Origin: Octopus sinensis
Taxonomy: Eukaryota
Assembly (NCBI RefSeq): GCF_006345805.1
Contig: NC_043002.1
Span: forward strand, 10,230,001-10,294,000
Length of the DNA stretch: 64,000 bases
Direction of reading: 5' to 3'
In this document: in pieces, positions 13,196 to 27,294 of the stretch
How the letters are laid out: the number at the start of each line of letters is the position of its first letter
How positions within the stretch are numbered: position 1 is the stretch's first letter
Made by a program: the position numbers and the translations under genes
Notes under the pieces: model-generated
What the model was told of the DNA's origin: nothing
Seen by the model: only the letters and a program-made list of their open reading frames with translations
Databases searched by the model: none

Positions 13196-14346
13196 ATCCT
13201 TAAATCCTTAAATCCTTAAAAATGTTTTAGCCCGAAGGCCGCGGCCATGCTGGGGCACGACCGCTGAATGAGCTACACTAGTTTGTGAATCCACCTCTGA
13301 TACGTGGCACTTGATCAACAAGGGAGTTCGATGCTGCTGCCCGCATCCGTGTCTCCTGTCGAGAGGTAGGTTCATCTGGGACTCCCAACAAGAAGAGATC
13401 CAGTTTAGTTTTAAAGAAACCCACATCCACACCATGTAAGTCTCTCAGGCATTTAGGGAAGATGTTAAAGAGCTGTGGTCCTCTGAAACCCAAGCTGTTG
13501 CAGTATCTGGACCTGTATTTTGATGGTGATGTTGGAATCCTTGGCACCACGCAGCGGCGCCCCGTTCTGCGGTTGGAGTAACTTTGAATGCAAAAGTTTG
13601 GGACAAGACCCTCCAGGATTTTCCAGATGTATATCACTGCATATCTATCCCGCCTCCGCTCCAGGGAGAAGAGGTTTAATACCTTCAGTCTTTCCCAGTA
13701 GCTGACATTTTGCATTGAGACGATTTTCTTTGTGTAGCTTCTCTGAGTTGCTTCGAGTTCTGCTGTTTGTTTTATATTGTGTGGTGACCAAAGTTGGGAG
13801 CAGTAGTCCAAGCGGCTGAGGACGAATGTTTTCCATAGGACCATCAGTGTCTCCTTCTCTCTTGTTCTGAAAGTTCGGAGAATCCATCCAGCTAGCCGTC
13901 TGCATTTTATCACCAGATTAGCAATATGCATTTGGAAAGATGCATCATTGCTCATGTCAATGCCCAGGTCACGCACTGATTTTGACTCAGGGATTGCAAT
14001 TCTTCCTGGGCCAGTGTATCCAGTCTTCACGTCATTTACTTTTGTGTGCCAGTAGCGCAGGGCCTGGAACTTACCTGCATTAAACTGCATGTTGTTGTCC
14101 TCAGCCCACCTGTATATTGTGTCCAGCTCATGTTGCAGATGCGCAATATTTTCAGGGTTTTGTATTGCGTTGGAGACTTTTGTGTCATCTGCATAGTTAG
14201 CAAGGGTGGTCATCGTAGCAACTGAAAGGGCCACTATGAACATCAGTGGCCCCAAGACAGTGCCCTGTGGGACACCGCTTGTTATTTGCGTTTCCTTGGA
14301 GGTGGCTCCATTGCTCACAACTGCCTGTTTTCTGTCTTTTAGGAAG
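13196..14346 (-). mobile_element. 5'-truncated CR1/L2-group LINE, RT C-terminal half, relatively young
   Basis: 346-aa ORF 13278-14318 with SGVPQGTVLGP, YADD, WAEDNNMQFNAGKF, SRLDYCSQLWSP and SLERRRDR motifs; 3' tail with (TTAAGGAT) repeats near 13196-13222. Confidence 0.93.
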
Positions 14347-14472
14347 TTATATATATATATATATATATTATATTATATATTTTATATATATATATAATTT
14401 ATATATATATATATATATCTATTATATATATAATATAATATAATATATTATATATATTATATATTTATATAT

Positions 14473-14532
<60 letters not shown>

Positions 14533-14591
14533 TAATATATATATATATATATTATATATTTATATATATATATATATATATATTATATATT

Positions 14592-14625
<34 letters not shown>

Positions 14626-14635
14626 ATATATTTAT

Positions 14636-14675
<40 letters not shown>

Positions 14676-14690
14676 ATTTATATATATATA

Positions 14691-14732
<42 letters not shown>

Positions 14733-14841
14733 CTTCCTAAAAGACAGAAAACAGGCAGTTGTGAGCAATGGAGCCACCTCCAAGGAAACGCAAATAACAA
14801 GCGGTGTCCCACAGGGCACTGTCTTGGGGCCACTGATGTTC

Positions 14842-14875
<34 letters not shown>

Positions 14876-15474
14876 ATATGTATATATGTATATGTATATG
14901 TTTCCGTGTCTGTGTTTGTCCCCCAGACATCGCATGACAACCGATGGTGGTGTGTTTATATCCCCGTCACTTAGCCGTTTGGCAACAGAATGCGATAGAA
15001 TAAGTACTAGACTTACAAAGAATAAGTCTTGGGATCGATTTGCTGAAACAAATAAAAGAATATACATGCGTGTGTGTCCGTACTTGTGGATATGGTAGAT
15101 GAGTTTAGATTCAGATGACTATGCTGGAGTGAGACATGTTTTTTATCTATTTCCTTAACTTCTTGGAGATTTTAGGTATAATTATACTAATGTGTCCATC
15201 TGTTCTAATGGAATTAAATTCTGTCTTCGTGCAGCTGTAGATTGCTCTGCATTTTAAATTGATGTAATGATTGCATTGTTCAATTAAATGGAGTTGCATG
15301 AAACGATCGTACTGCATTACCTCTGGATATCATTGTTGCTTATTTTGATATATATATATATAATATATATATATATAATATATATATATATATAGTTAAA
15401 CCAAACATGAAAACACAAAGACAAAACACAACAACGCAACAATATATATATAACAATATATATAAAACACAACA

Positions 15475-15518
<44 letters not shown>

Positions 15519-15690
15519 AGACGCAATGGCCCAGTGGTTAGGGCAGCAACTTTCTCTCACTCTTTCTTCTGTTGGCCTGCTCGCTTAGTCAGCGGGGTAG
15601 GGGTCATTTGAAGGCTAAAAGAATGCGAAGCGCATTGTGACCAGCGAGGTATGGCAACATCTGATAGCCTGGTCGGTCATGGTGATCACG

Positions 15691-15734
<44 letters not shown>

Positions 15735-16242
15735 ATATATATTAGTACAGCAAGCTCATTCAAATTACATAGATTCAAAAATTTATCTTGGGAGGTGTGG
15801 TGTTACAAACACGACGGCTTTCTAAGCAAAGCTGTTTCTGAGGAGTAGGTGTTACTTTTCAATGTAAGCATATGTAGTTCAACAAGCAATTATGAAGATT
15901 AGTGCCATTTTGAACAGGATATGTGATATGGAATCTCAGTAATTAGAGATGCCAGATAACTGAAAATTTGTCTTTTCGCATGTATATATGTATATATATA
16001 TATATTTGGTACATTAATACACAATATTTTTATCTCTTTATTTGAATCATTGTATGTATGTCTACTCATTTGGATTCCCCTTCTAACCACGCTATACCTT
16101 GCTGACGTAGTCCCTGGTAAAGATATCGGAATGTAAGTTCAAGTTAGTTGAGCACTACTATGTGTGTTCTATATTAATATTCTCTCGATCCTATCTGTTG
16201 ATGATGATGATGATGATGATATATATATATATATATATATAT

Positions 16243-16285
<43 letters not shown>

Positions 16286-18340
16286 CACACACACACACAT
16301 TTATATATATATATAATAAATAGATGAAATCTACGGAAGCTCAATACAGAAAACAGATTTGCTCAAACGATATGAACTACATGGTCTAAGTCCATAGGGC
16401 ACAGAGTGCTACAACTACATGTGTTGATATGAAGAGAGTTCTGTATATAAAGTCGATCAGGGTTGTTATAAATATATATACATATATAAATATATACACA
16501 CGCACGCACACACACACGTAAACACACACAAACATATCTATATATAGGGATATATAACATAAAGAGTGTAAGTATAAAGCGAAAGAATTATTTCACCAAT
16601 TGCCATCCATACAGCGATGATCCTTTTCGCAGCCTTTATCATATGAAAGAAATTTATTTTATTGTATAATAAATAAATAAATAAATAATAAATCATTTTA
16701 CGTAACTGAATGAATATATTTCATATAAATCAGTTGTATAATACTTAAATTTATACCAGTGCAAATGCTTGCTCATCAGATCAATGAATATCAAAGGAAC
16801 TTTGATTTCATTGCCCCAATACATACATGTACAACAAAGAGAGTCTACATTGAAATACTGATATATAGATGAGAATCAGCAAAAACATAAGGGAAATGAT
16901 TTATTATAGATGGGAGGAGGGAGATTTAACACAATATTGAATACTAAAAGCTGGATTACGGTGGCGGAAGAAAGTAAGATATATACTTGACATCTATTAA
17001 AGCGATGATGGTTTTGCAGCCTTTATCATATAAGAACCAATATATTTTATTCTAGAGTTAATAAATAATAAATAGGTTATTTTAATTACCTGTATTAATA
17101 TATATTATATAATTCAGTTGTATACTGTATGGACGTCAATTATATATCTTACTTTCTTCCGCCAACGTAATCCATTTTTTAATTTCCAATATATTTAAAA
17201 TCTCCCTCCTCTCTTGTATATTAAAACGTTTCATTTATTTTATAGGACATTATATGTTTATTGTTAATAACCTAGAAGTAAATATAGTAGAGAAAGGAAA
17301 AACGGAACTGGAGAAAACTTTGTATATATTTTTTTATAAAACAGAGAGATTAATATGAAATGGATGAGAAATAAATTGAAAGTAAAAAATATATAAGTCA
17401 AAAAGTAAGATGAAAGAAAGGAGACGGGGCATGCGCAGGATTAATTATTTTTGTAGATTGTAGTCATTAAAATACTTGAGTTAAACTAACAATTGGTATG
17501 CTTCCGCTCCATTATCTTGCTTAATAATCTGTATGAGTATTTACCCGTTTGATAAAAATATTTGATTGGTTATATTGTTGAATTTAACCACATGGAATAT
17601 AACAACCATTGAATTGACCACATGAAATATAACAGACACGATTATGCAAATCCTTTTTTGCTTAACTGAAGCCGTTGGCTTCTGAACAGTCTCAGTTACG
17701 ATTTAGCTGTTGACATTTGTATCATAATAACTTAGAAAGGGAGCTGTTATTTGCTATATTCTGTTGTAAATTGAATGTTAAGATTTATATTATTTAGTAT
17801 TGTTTTAATTCCAAAAGTTTATCAATGGTCTCAAAGCATTCATCGAGATATATTTTCCAGTTTCATTCTTATCCAGAATTTAATTTCTGAAGAAGAACTT
17901 TTAAATAAAGAAAATTTATTTATCGTAAAATGCAGAACACAGCTGAATACGAACGCATAACCAACTTTGATCCGAGTATATATCATAATTCATGTTCACA
18001 TACATATCGCTGTAAATATTTAATCTCACTATCTTAGCTTTTGAGATTTTGTATATCTATTTATTCCCTAAACATAAAATAAACAATTACCTTCACTGTC
18101 CTGAACCATAGGGATCACCAATTACATCCTCTTAGATTTTTCTATCTGTTGATTCATTTCATTCACAAAATCCCATACAGAACTGGGACTAAAATCTTTT
18201 TAAGAAAATGCGAAATCAATAATTTCAATGTCATGGTTAGCGAAAGTGAAAACGGTCGACAAAAACAATACTCTTCCAATTATAAAATGTATTGAAAAAT
18301 ATGTAAAAATGATGTAAACCATATTGCATTTTCCTTCTTT

Positions 18341-18385
<45 letters not shown>

Positions 18386-19392
18386 CATACATACGTATAT
18401 ACATACATACATAACGCAACTAGCATAACCAAGATGGGAAAGGGAAATATAATTATGCTCACATATTCAGGTATTATGAAGTATATGTGCCTATCTGCGA
18501 CTTGCTAGAATTTACACTACGATGTGTTTGTAATATTTTCAACAGAAGATTCCCATGAAAACATTTATTAGCAACAAAATTTTAGCTTTTTACTGCTACC
18601 ATCTGTCTAAATATTAGGAAAACTTCAAGGGTACATACACCTTGCGTATGGCGTTACAAGTGCGACAACTGTTTCTGGGAGCTCGGAGAGACTTCATAAT
18701 GTTGGAAGATGTATTTCACAAAAAATATGCAACCAGTAATAGAGAGAGTCAAATACACAGTGGATAGATCTGGCTTCCGTCTTTATGTTTTCAGGGCGGA
18801 GAGATAATAATCAAACTTTTCAGGTCAGGAGATAGGGAATTTTTTTGGTAGAATGGGTAAAGAGGAAAGCAAGCAGTATTGGAATGATGAAGTAGGTAGC
18901 CCGATTGGGGTAAGAGGGAGGGTGGAAGAAAGGCAGAACAGGAAGAGAGTAAGTACAGGAAGATGGAGGGATGAGTGGTGAGGTTATTGGAAGAATTAGA
19001 GTCTATGTTTATTTAGTGTGTGTATGTGGGGGGATGCCTGTAATATTTGTATGCTCTGTTTATATACGTTCATGTAATTTGTATTTTGTTTTTGTTGTTG
19101 TTGTTTTTATTTATTCTTATTTTGTTCATGTGTTTATATCCACTTATTATTATCATTACATATGCTTGTATGTATGTATGTATGTATAACAACAATACTA
19201 GTAATAATAATAATAAATCGAATCGAAAAAAATCGTAATATATATATATATATTTATTTCTATTTGTTTATTTATCTGTGTATTTATTGTGTTTTCGGGA
19301 TCCTCTATCGTCATATGTTATGGTGTGTGCTAGTGCTCCATTCTAGTTCTCTAGTCAGGCTAGGTTTTTTGCGAACAAATATTTAAACGTAT

Positions 19393-19473
<81 letters not shown>

Positions 19474-20687
19474 TTAAACTTAATTTTAAATTGCTTGACT
19501 CAGAATTTCACCGTTCCTATCTTCGTTTTCGAAATAAATGAAACAGGAAACGGTTAATAAAAAAGTTTAGAGAACGAAATCATAAAAATTTGCCACATCA
19601 GTTTACAAATAAATTTTAAAATATGTGAAATAATTTCACGAATTTCAAATCTATTAAATCATAAACGAACGCATTAAAAGAAATTGAATAATTATGTTAT
19701 AATTAGATTACATTTTTCATCGTTATTTTAGAAAAGGTTAAGAAATTCCTTATACTCCGGTATTCTAAATGATTACTCCATTATTAAAGAGAGCAAGCAC
19801 AATATGATATGAAATGAAGAGAAAAAGGTAATAGTAGCATGTATAGTGAGAATTTGTTCACCAATAAACTGAGCTCAAACTTTTCCATTCAGAAAATCAA
19901 ATGTACGAACCATTGTGAAAGAAAGTAAAAAAAGCCAACAAAATGAAAGCTATACAATGTGAGAATGTGAAAGCCTTTTCATTGAAGGTTTTTCTATGAG
20001 TGCTGCCATTTACCTATCTATTCCTGAAATTCGTTATTATGACTTATACACAGAGCTTCAAAGTTTATTAGTTATTTATTCAAACTGTTTCTTTTTTTAT
20101 AATAAAACTATATCCATTTATGTAAGACGACATATTCGCTCGTTTTTCTTGTTACTTCATTGTGATAATAAATACGCAAAAGCAAGTACAGACCAAATTA
20201 TATTAAACAAGATTCCTTTCCATCTCCAGATATATGCGTAAAGACTAGCAGAGAATTTACTGTTTGAATTCAATAACGATAATTTGTGTGGGCAATATCA
20301 TGACTTGAATTTATAACACAAATAATTCTATTTTCGTCCATATACAGGATATGGAAAACCACAAATTAATGCTGCATTGGTACTATGTAATAACGAACAG
20401 GCCAATTCGCCTACTAAACGGAAGCGTCTGTAAAATTATGTATATATAAGGCGAGAATATTATTTCATTTATTTCGTTTTATGACTACAAATGCATCTGA
20501 TCATGCATGTTATCTGTTTTCGTTATTTGAATATCATAATAAATTATATTCCTTCTGATTCCCCAGTTATTTTTCGACGTTCGCGCGATAATTTCTTATA
20601 TCTTTCTGGATTACATTCACGTATACAAGGGCGAAGATTGATATACATATATACATACACACACAAACATATATATACATATATACA

Positions 20688-20732
<45 letters not shown>

Positions 20733-21073
20733 GTACAACTTCTCGAAGCGTGCTTATAGTGATAAATTATATGGTTATGGACGTTGTGTCTAGTTTCAGC
20801 ATAGTTGGCATTAGAATTTTTTTCTTTTGCCCTTGTTGATAAGCTGTTTATAAATTTAACCTTTAAAGGTATTTTTTAATATGCTGGCCATTGATAAAAA
20901 AGTTTTTCGGAAAATTTTATCCTACATTAGATGCATATATATATACGAAGCAATTTCCCCAGCTCCCCTTCAGGGTTGGCGAAAGCAATGTGGTGGACAA
21001 CGAAAAACCTGGCTGATGACAGCTACCACACAGCGATCTATTGAGTCTCCTCTCGCGAACGACACGATCCGAA

Positions 21074-21490
21074 GGCGGTGAGCTGGCCGAAACGTTAGCA
21101 GGTCGGGCGAAATGCTTTGCGGTATTTCGTCTGCCGTTACGTTGTAAGTTCAAATTCCGCCGAGGTCGACTTTGCCTTTCATCTTTTCGGGGTCGATAAA
21201 TTAAGTACCAGTTACGCACTGGGGTCGATGTAATCGACTTAATACCTATGTCTGTCCTTGTTTGTCCCCTCTGTGTTTAGCCCCTTGTGGGTAATAAAGA
21301 AATACGTATTTCGTCTGCCGTTACGTTGTGAGTTCAAATTCCGCCGAGGTCGACTTTGCCTTTCATCCTTTCGGGGTCGATAAATTAAGTACCAGTTACG
21401 CACTGGGGTCGAAGTAATCGACTTAATCCGTTTGTCTGTCCTTGTTTGTCCCCTCTGTGTTTATCACCTTGTGGGTAGTAAAGAAATATA
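21074..21490 (+). mobile_element. SINE family A, tandem dimer
   Basis: Same head and body; body repeated twice. Confidence 0.85.
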
Positions 21491-21957
21491 TAAAAATATA
21501 TAATACATTGTATTATATGTTCCCAGATAGAATTTACTAAATGGGGTTTTGTTCCCATTATCAAATGATTTAATATTCGTTTTTCCTTATTTTCCAACAT
21601 TTCCTCTGTTATTTTTCGAACTACGTGTCTGTCATAAATTAGTACTAAACTCTAATAGTAAAACTATAACAATGAACGTGTCATTGCAAACCTGAAACCT
21701 GTTTGCATTATAGCTATAAATCAGAAATTTATGCAGAGGCTGTGTGTTTACGGTTTCCATATACCACATACGGCGGCTGCATTTTAGCTCAAACATTGAA
21801 AAAGTTGACCACACTAGGCTATTCCATTTTGTCGTATGTTTTTCAGAATTTCGAGGTAAGCTACATCTCTAGTAACAAATTTATAATTGATGTTTTTTGT
21901 TTTCACTTTGTTGATGAATTTTTACATAGAGAACTATTGTAATTAACCCCCCCCAGT

Positions 21958-22337
21958 GGAGGCGCAATGGCCCAGTGGTTAGGGCAGCGGACTCGCGGTC
22001 GTAGGATCGCGGTTTCGATTCCCAGACCGGGCATTATGAGTGTTTATTGAGCGAAAACACCTAAAGCTCCACGAGGCTCCGGTAGGGATGGTGGCGATCC
22101 CTGCTGTACTCTTTCACCACAACTTTCTCTCACTCTTACTTCCTGTTTCTGTTGTACCTGTATTTCAAAGGACCGGCCTTGTCACTCCCTGTGTCACGCT
22201 GAATATCCCCGAGAACTACGTTAAGGGTGCACGTGTCTGTGGGGTGCTCAGCCACTTGCACGATAATTTCACGAGCAGGCTGTTCCGTTGATCGGATCAA
22301 CCGGAACCCTCGTCGTCGTAACCGACGGAGTGGTTCC
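21958..22337 (+). mobile_element. SINE family B (tRNA-derived), 10-bp TSD
   Basis: A box tggcccagtggtt and B box ggtttcgattccc; TSD aattaacccc at 21941 and 22338; empty site aattaatccctagac near 3534. Confidence 0.88.
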
Positions 22338-23429
22338 AATTAACCCCTAGACATATAGGACTAACATTAATTACCTTTCATTTTGAATATAACTTATTTT
22401 AAACTTTCATCACATCAGTAATATCGAATCTATTCTGCGGGAAATTCCACTCGAACATAGGTGGCATACGACTTTGAAATAGTTATTATTGTTGTTTAAT
22501 TTACATGAGCGATTAATAAAAAGATCTATGATCAAAATATATTGTGTTCGTGGACGTCACGTCTATTATTGTCTTCAGTCATATCCTTTCCAGCTTGCCA
22601 AAGTATTTAAGAAATAACGTACCATATTACGAAGATTTGGCTGATATTTCTAGCAGCTCCAGTAAAACATGTAGCATCCTTTTTTCGCATGTTATGCGAC
22701 CTCTGTGGTCTTGTTGCTGGTTGCTATCGTACTGTTTGGTAGTTGTGGTTGTACCAACAATAATCCTCACACTGAAAATGTATTTCTTTGAAACTTGTTT
22801 TTTTCTTTTTGTTAGAATCATGTGCAATGTATGCAATTCTTTTATAACTTCCCCCGCCAGAGATTGAACAAGGGATTTGCGTTTATTCCTTTATTTATTT
22901 ATTTATTTATTTATTTATTATTTATCATTTATTTATTTGTTCTGAAATAGCACTGGTAGCTATTGGAAACTGCTGCATGAGACAAAAGGGATGTACATGC
23001 AATTTGTCATACGTGCGACTGGGAATGCTCTGTCAGGTTGATGCTTGTTCGAATCACCCTGTCACTATTATATTTTGTCTTTACCTATAATATACATCAC
23101 GTCCTCTGTGTGTGTGTGTGTAAAATATTATAACGGTCATATTTTTCAACTGATTTCCTCCAGTCTCAGAACATACATTACTTATGTTGCAGAGATGGTT
23201 TTAGATTCTTAAAATATTTCGTATAATGAGCAACAAAATTTCTAGCCTTGTGCCTATTCTTATAGCTAACGTCAACGCAATAAAACTAAATATTTATGCA
23301 TGTGTTGCACTGCACACTTTGTTTTCCTGTTTCTTATAGACACTCCCTTCTGTTAATTTTCTACTATAATTCGTGTTTTCAATTTCTTTGTCTTTAAATG
23401 TATTTTTATTTCTTGCCTGGAGAGTTATA

Positions 23430-23832
23430 TTAAGGGGCTAAACGCAGAGAGGACAAACAAGGATAGACGAACGGATAAAGTCGATTATATCGACCCCAGT
23501 GCATAACTGGTACTTATTTAATCGACCCCGAAAGGATGAAAGGCAAAGTCGACCTCGGCGGAATTTGAACCCAGAACCTAACGGCAGATGAAATACCTGT
23601 TTCTTTATTACCCACAAGGGGCTAAACGCAGAGAGGACAAACAATGACAGTCAAACGGATTAAGTCGATTACATCGACCCCAGTGCGTAACTGGTACTTA
23701 ATTTTATCAACCCCAAAACAATGAAAGGCAAAGTCGACCTCGGCAGAATTTGAAATCAGAGCGTAACGGCAGATGAAATACCGCAAAGCATTTCGCCCGG
23801 CGTGCTAACGTTTCTGCCAGCTCGCCGCCTTC
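23430..23832 (-). mobile_element. SINE family A, tandem dimer
   Basis: Reverse complement of family A. Confidence 0.85.
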
Positions 23833-24743
23833 TGGAGAGTTATATTATGTTTTGTTGTATTTTATAGATTCATTTACTGTATTTATGGTCGGCTCGCTTA
23901 TGCTGTACTCTTAGTTCAATCAGATATTATATTTCAATACACTCTGGAGCGATTTACGGTATCGACAAAATAAGCAGCATCTGAATGCTGGGGTCAATGC
24001 GATCAAATAGTCCCCTCTCTAAAAGTTTCTTGAATTGTACGTTTGCAAGAAAAGATTATCATTATTTTTTGCATCGAGAATTCAGTTACTATGTTTTTCA
24101 ATGGCTTTGTTGTACAAAGTTGAAGGTTTTGTATTATTTTCAATAAGTATTCTACTGTGAATTGTAACTTTTGAACCAACAGGTTTACGTGAGTGTGCAG
24201 GTCGACATTAATGCGACACCAACTTTTGACACCAAATGATGTTTTATTAAAGTTAAGATCCTTTCTGTGTTTTTGAGCGGCAAATATGGCTTCCAGGTGA
24301 TGTTGGCATAATTTTATCACGCTGTGTCATGTCAAATCCCTTTCGCAAATATGTCTCCATTGTTAGACTTCAATTTTTGATAATATTGTCATTGGCTAAA
24401 CAAGATTTAATATTAATTATTAAGCAAAGCTGACATTCTGCTCTTTACTCTGTAACATGCGACTGCAAACAAAATATAATACGTGCTTCTATATATCATG
24501 CAAACCCCTAGTATTCCGGGTAGGCCACTGTGACATACATTTACTTCTGTATTTTACGTGTAATAACAGAGTCAATCACTGAAGTATGTGAGACAAAGTA
24601 TATGCGGGAGGCGATCACCAACTTCATATTTGAATGTTAATATTATTTAAATTATTGGCTTTCCGAACGAATTACTTTTTTGACAAATATTAAAGAAATA
24701 TCGAATATAATGAGACATTTTATTTGTGCTTCTTTATTAACAG

Positions 24744-24813
24744 ATGTATACATTTCCGGTAAGTTTGTTCCTCCTCCTAATCAATCCTAAAGTTGTTACC
24801 AATGCTCCACAAG
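24744..24813 (+). CDS. Cys-rich secreted protein, copy 2, coding exon 1: MYTFPVSLFLLLINPKVVTNAPQ+G
   Basis: ttaacag|ATG; 70 nt; donor G|gtaagc; paralogous to 51215-51284. Confidence 0.75.
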
Positions 24814-25540
24814 GTAAGCTTCAACCTTCTTATTTTCATCTGATATACCGCCATTAAAATCCTCCATGTTTTTCTTTTCATGCAGCATGCAACGTAAGCT
24901 TTCGTCATATCCATGGAATATTTCTTGAGTCGGTAAATGTCTTATATAATGAAACCTTTCAAGGAAGAATTGCTATCTTATCGATCTCCATCATCTAAAA
25001 TTCTACGACAGAATTAACAAGTTTAATTAACAAAGAAATTCTTGATTAAACAATAACCTTTGTTCATTTGTGTCATTACCACGTTATAATAAGAAATAGT
25101 TAAAGAAAATTAATGAAAATACGAAGCGAAATACAAAGGAAAATACAATAAAAGTCCTCTCACATGATATTGAAATAGTCGAAAAGTTTAAAGTGAAATA
25201 TGTGTCTACTAAATACTAATTACATCGATATTTAACTGGAAATTAATTATCATTCTATTTTTAGATATCGTTCGCTAATCATCCGGCAATCTTGATGCTC
25301 AAAATCGCATTAGCAACAAAGACAACGAGGGGTCCATATTGACTGCACTGATGGTCTCTGCTTTTGAGCGCTTTCGTCATTCACATGATTACGATACTAA
25401 GACCTAGCAATCATATATTATAATTGAATTAATTCAATTCACGCAGATTTTGTACTAAACCACATTTAAAACAGTGATTCACCTTGTCAAAAATGAAAAT
25501 TACCAGTTTTTAAGCCTTCATAAATGCATTTCCTTTATAG

Positions 25541-25666
25541 GGTGTAGAGGATGTTTCTATGAAGCAAATTGCTTTTGTAGTGGAGAACATACGCGTTTAA
25601 ACCCATCAATGGAAGATTGTAAGGAAATATCATGTCTCAATTCACAATCGAAAGCGATGATAAGCT
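25541..25666 (+). CDS. Cys-rich secreted protein, copy 2, coding exon 2: GCRGCFYEANCFCSGEHTRLNPSMEDCKEISCLNSQSKAMIS
   Basis: tcctttatag acceptor; 126 nt open; T|gtaagt donor; 24/42 aa identical to copy 3 including all six Cys. Confidence 0.8.
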
Positions 25667-26314
25667 GTAAGTAAAAAGTAAAAAGTATTAACTATGATAA
25701 ACTTTCTTCATATTTTTCTTATCAGACGGGTTAACCGTTGGTTTTGTTTTTCTGTGTGAATAGTTACACATTTAATGAATAATGCCAGTTTTTTAACTTC
25801 GTCCTTGTAGCATTTTCTACATTTATTAGTGAAAATATATTAATTTTGTTTCGTAAACTTTTCTAGAACATAGATTATTAATTATGGATGTAAGTGGATT
25901 AAGTTACTATGAGGAGAACAGATCTAGAAAGTGTTCCACAAATTGTTTTTCAGAATTTGAAACTGTGCAAAGCGTCTGATGGAGTGATGGTGATACCGAA
26001 ATATTCATACTGCAATAATTCGTTTAGTTTAATATAGGTGAATGCTACAAATGTAAAACCTAGTATGGTGGACATCATCTGATGAGTGGAAACGGTTAAC
26101 ATTTGATTAAAGTTTAGGTTTGAAATGGAATACTTTTCCATGAGAATAAATCTCAAATTTATTTATTTAAGACCAGGATACCTAACTATCTTTTTATTTT
26201 ACTTCAATAATATTAAGCTATTTAACTAAAGAATCTCTTCAGGTTAAGCAGCCATTTTGCAATAAGAGTCAGCGTAGCACGAGTAATTTGATTCAGCACA
26301 TCAGTACTTTGACA

Positions 26315-26900
26315 GCAGCGCCATCTCAGCCAAACAGTTATTCTGTGTCGATGAAGGGAAATAACCCTGAAACAATGCGGTCCACAGATAGTGCTTTGTA
26401 CTGGTTGGGGGTGCTAATCCTCCCTGTTCGAAAATATAAGGACACAGCTAATGTGTCGTATAGCCAGCTGGAGCCGATGTATCCCAGGGCTAAACAACAG
26501 TAGCATTCGTCCCAAAGGGGACTCTTACATTAGGTTGGCAAATAATCTGCTACTAAATGTCTCACGTTGAGAGATCTAGGAACAAAAATGTTTCTCTCTA
26601 TTATATTGGTGATTGCATGTCACTTAGAAAATTTATATATATTTTCGAACAAGGATTTCGCACCGCCATCTCAGCCAAATAGTTATTCTGTGCCGATGAA
26701 GGGAAATAACCCTGAAATCGTACGGTCCACAGGTGCTAAACTCCCCCTGTCCGAAAATATAAGGACACAGATAGTGTGTCGTATAGCCAAATGGAGACGA
26801 TGTCTCCTGGAACTAAACAACCGGAACCGCCACATTAGGTTGGCAAATAATCTTTGTTTTAAATCACTGCTACTGAATATCTCTCGTTGATAGATTTAGG
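26315..26900 (+). repeat. Tandem duplication of about 340 bp inserted in intron 2 of copy 2
   Basis: cgccatctcagccaaa(c/t)agttattctgtg at about 26320 and 26664; absent at the equivalent site in copy 3 (near 53450). Confidence 0.8.
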
Positions 26901-27036
26901 AACAATAATGTTTTCACTTTACACGCACACACACACACACATGTATATATATATATATATATGTTTATAATATACATATATACATATATATATGTATGTA
27001 TGAATATGGAAAATTATAAAATTACATTTTCTTCAG

Positions 27037-27167
27037 ATTGTAAAGACACTCAAGGACAATGTTTGACCAGAGGCGTCTTTGCGTTTGACTTCTACGACTC
27101 TCGTTGTCGAACACTTTACTGCAAAGTACCACCGAGCGAAGGAAACAAGTGGCACAATATGATCAGA
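27037..27167 (+). pseudogene. Cys-rich secreted protein, copy 2, exon 3 with a 1-nt deletion near its 3' end (YCKDTQGQCLTRGVFAFDFYDSRCRTLYCKVPPSEGNKWH, then frameshift); pseudogene or sequencing error
   Basis: ttttcttcag acceptor and A|gtatgt donor as in copy 3, but 131 nt instead of 132; one extra base in cacaatatgat would restore Y-D-Q and phase 1. Confidence 0.65.
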
Positions 27168-27241
27168 GTATGTTGGTTCGACAATGTTATTCTCTCTCAC
27201 TTTTTTCTCGATTCATCTCTGCCTAATATATGTTTATGCTT

Positions 27242-27294
<53 letters not shown>

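Noticed and set aside
16320-16470. Conserved block with a minus-strand tacag acceptor (paralogue 35330-35480)
   Set aside because: No frame is convincingly conserved: stops in copy 1, a 1-nt indel and unrelated central residues.
17775-17960. Signal-peptide-like ORF MLRFILFSIVLIPKV...
   Set aside because: The paralogue at 37739 has frame-breaking indels and an early stop; no donor site.
21958-22030. tRNA-like cloverleaf heads
   Set aside because: These are SINE heads continuing into repeat bodies with TSDs, not tRNA genes.
22544-22867. Hydrophobic ORF with a same-frame counterpart at 3848-4045
   Set aside because: Copy 3 (47760-48010) has stops and frameshifts; no consistent start or splice sites.
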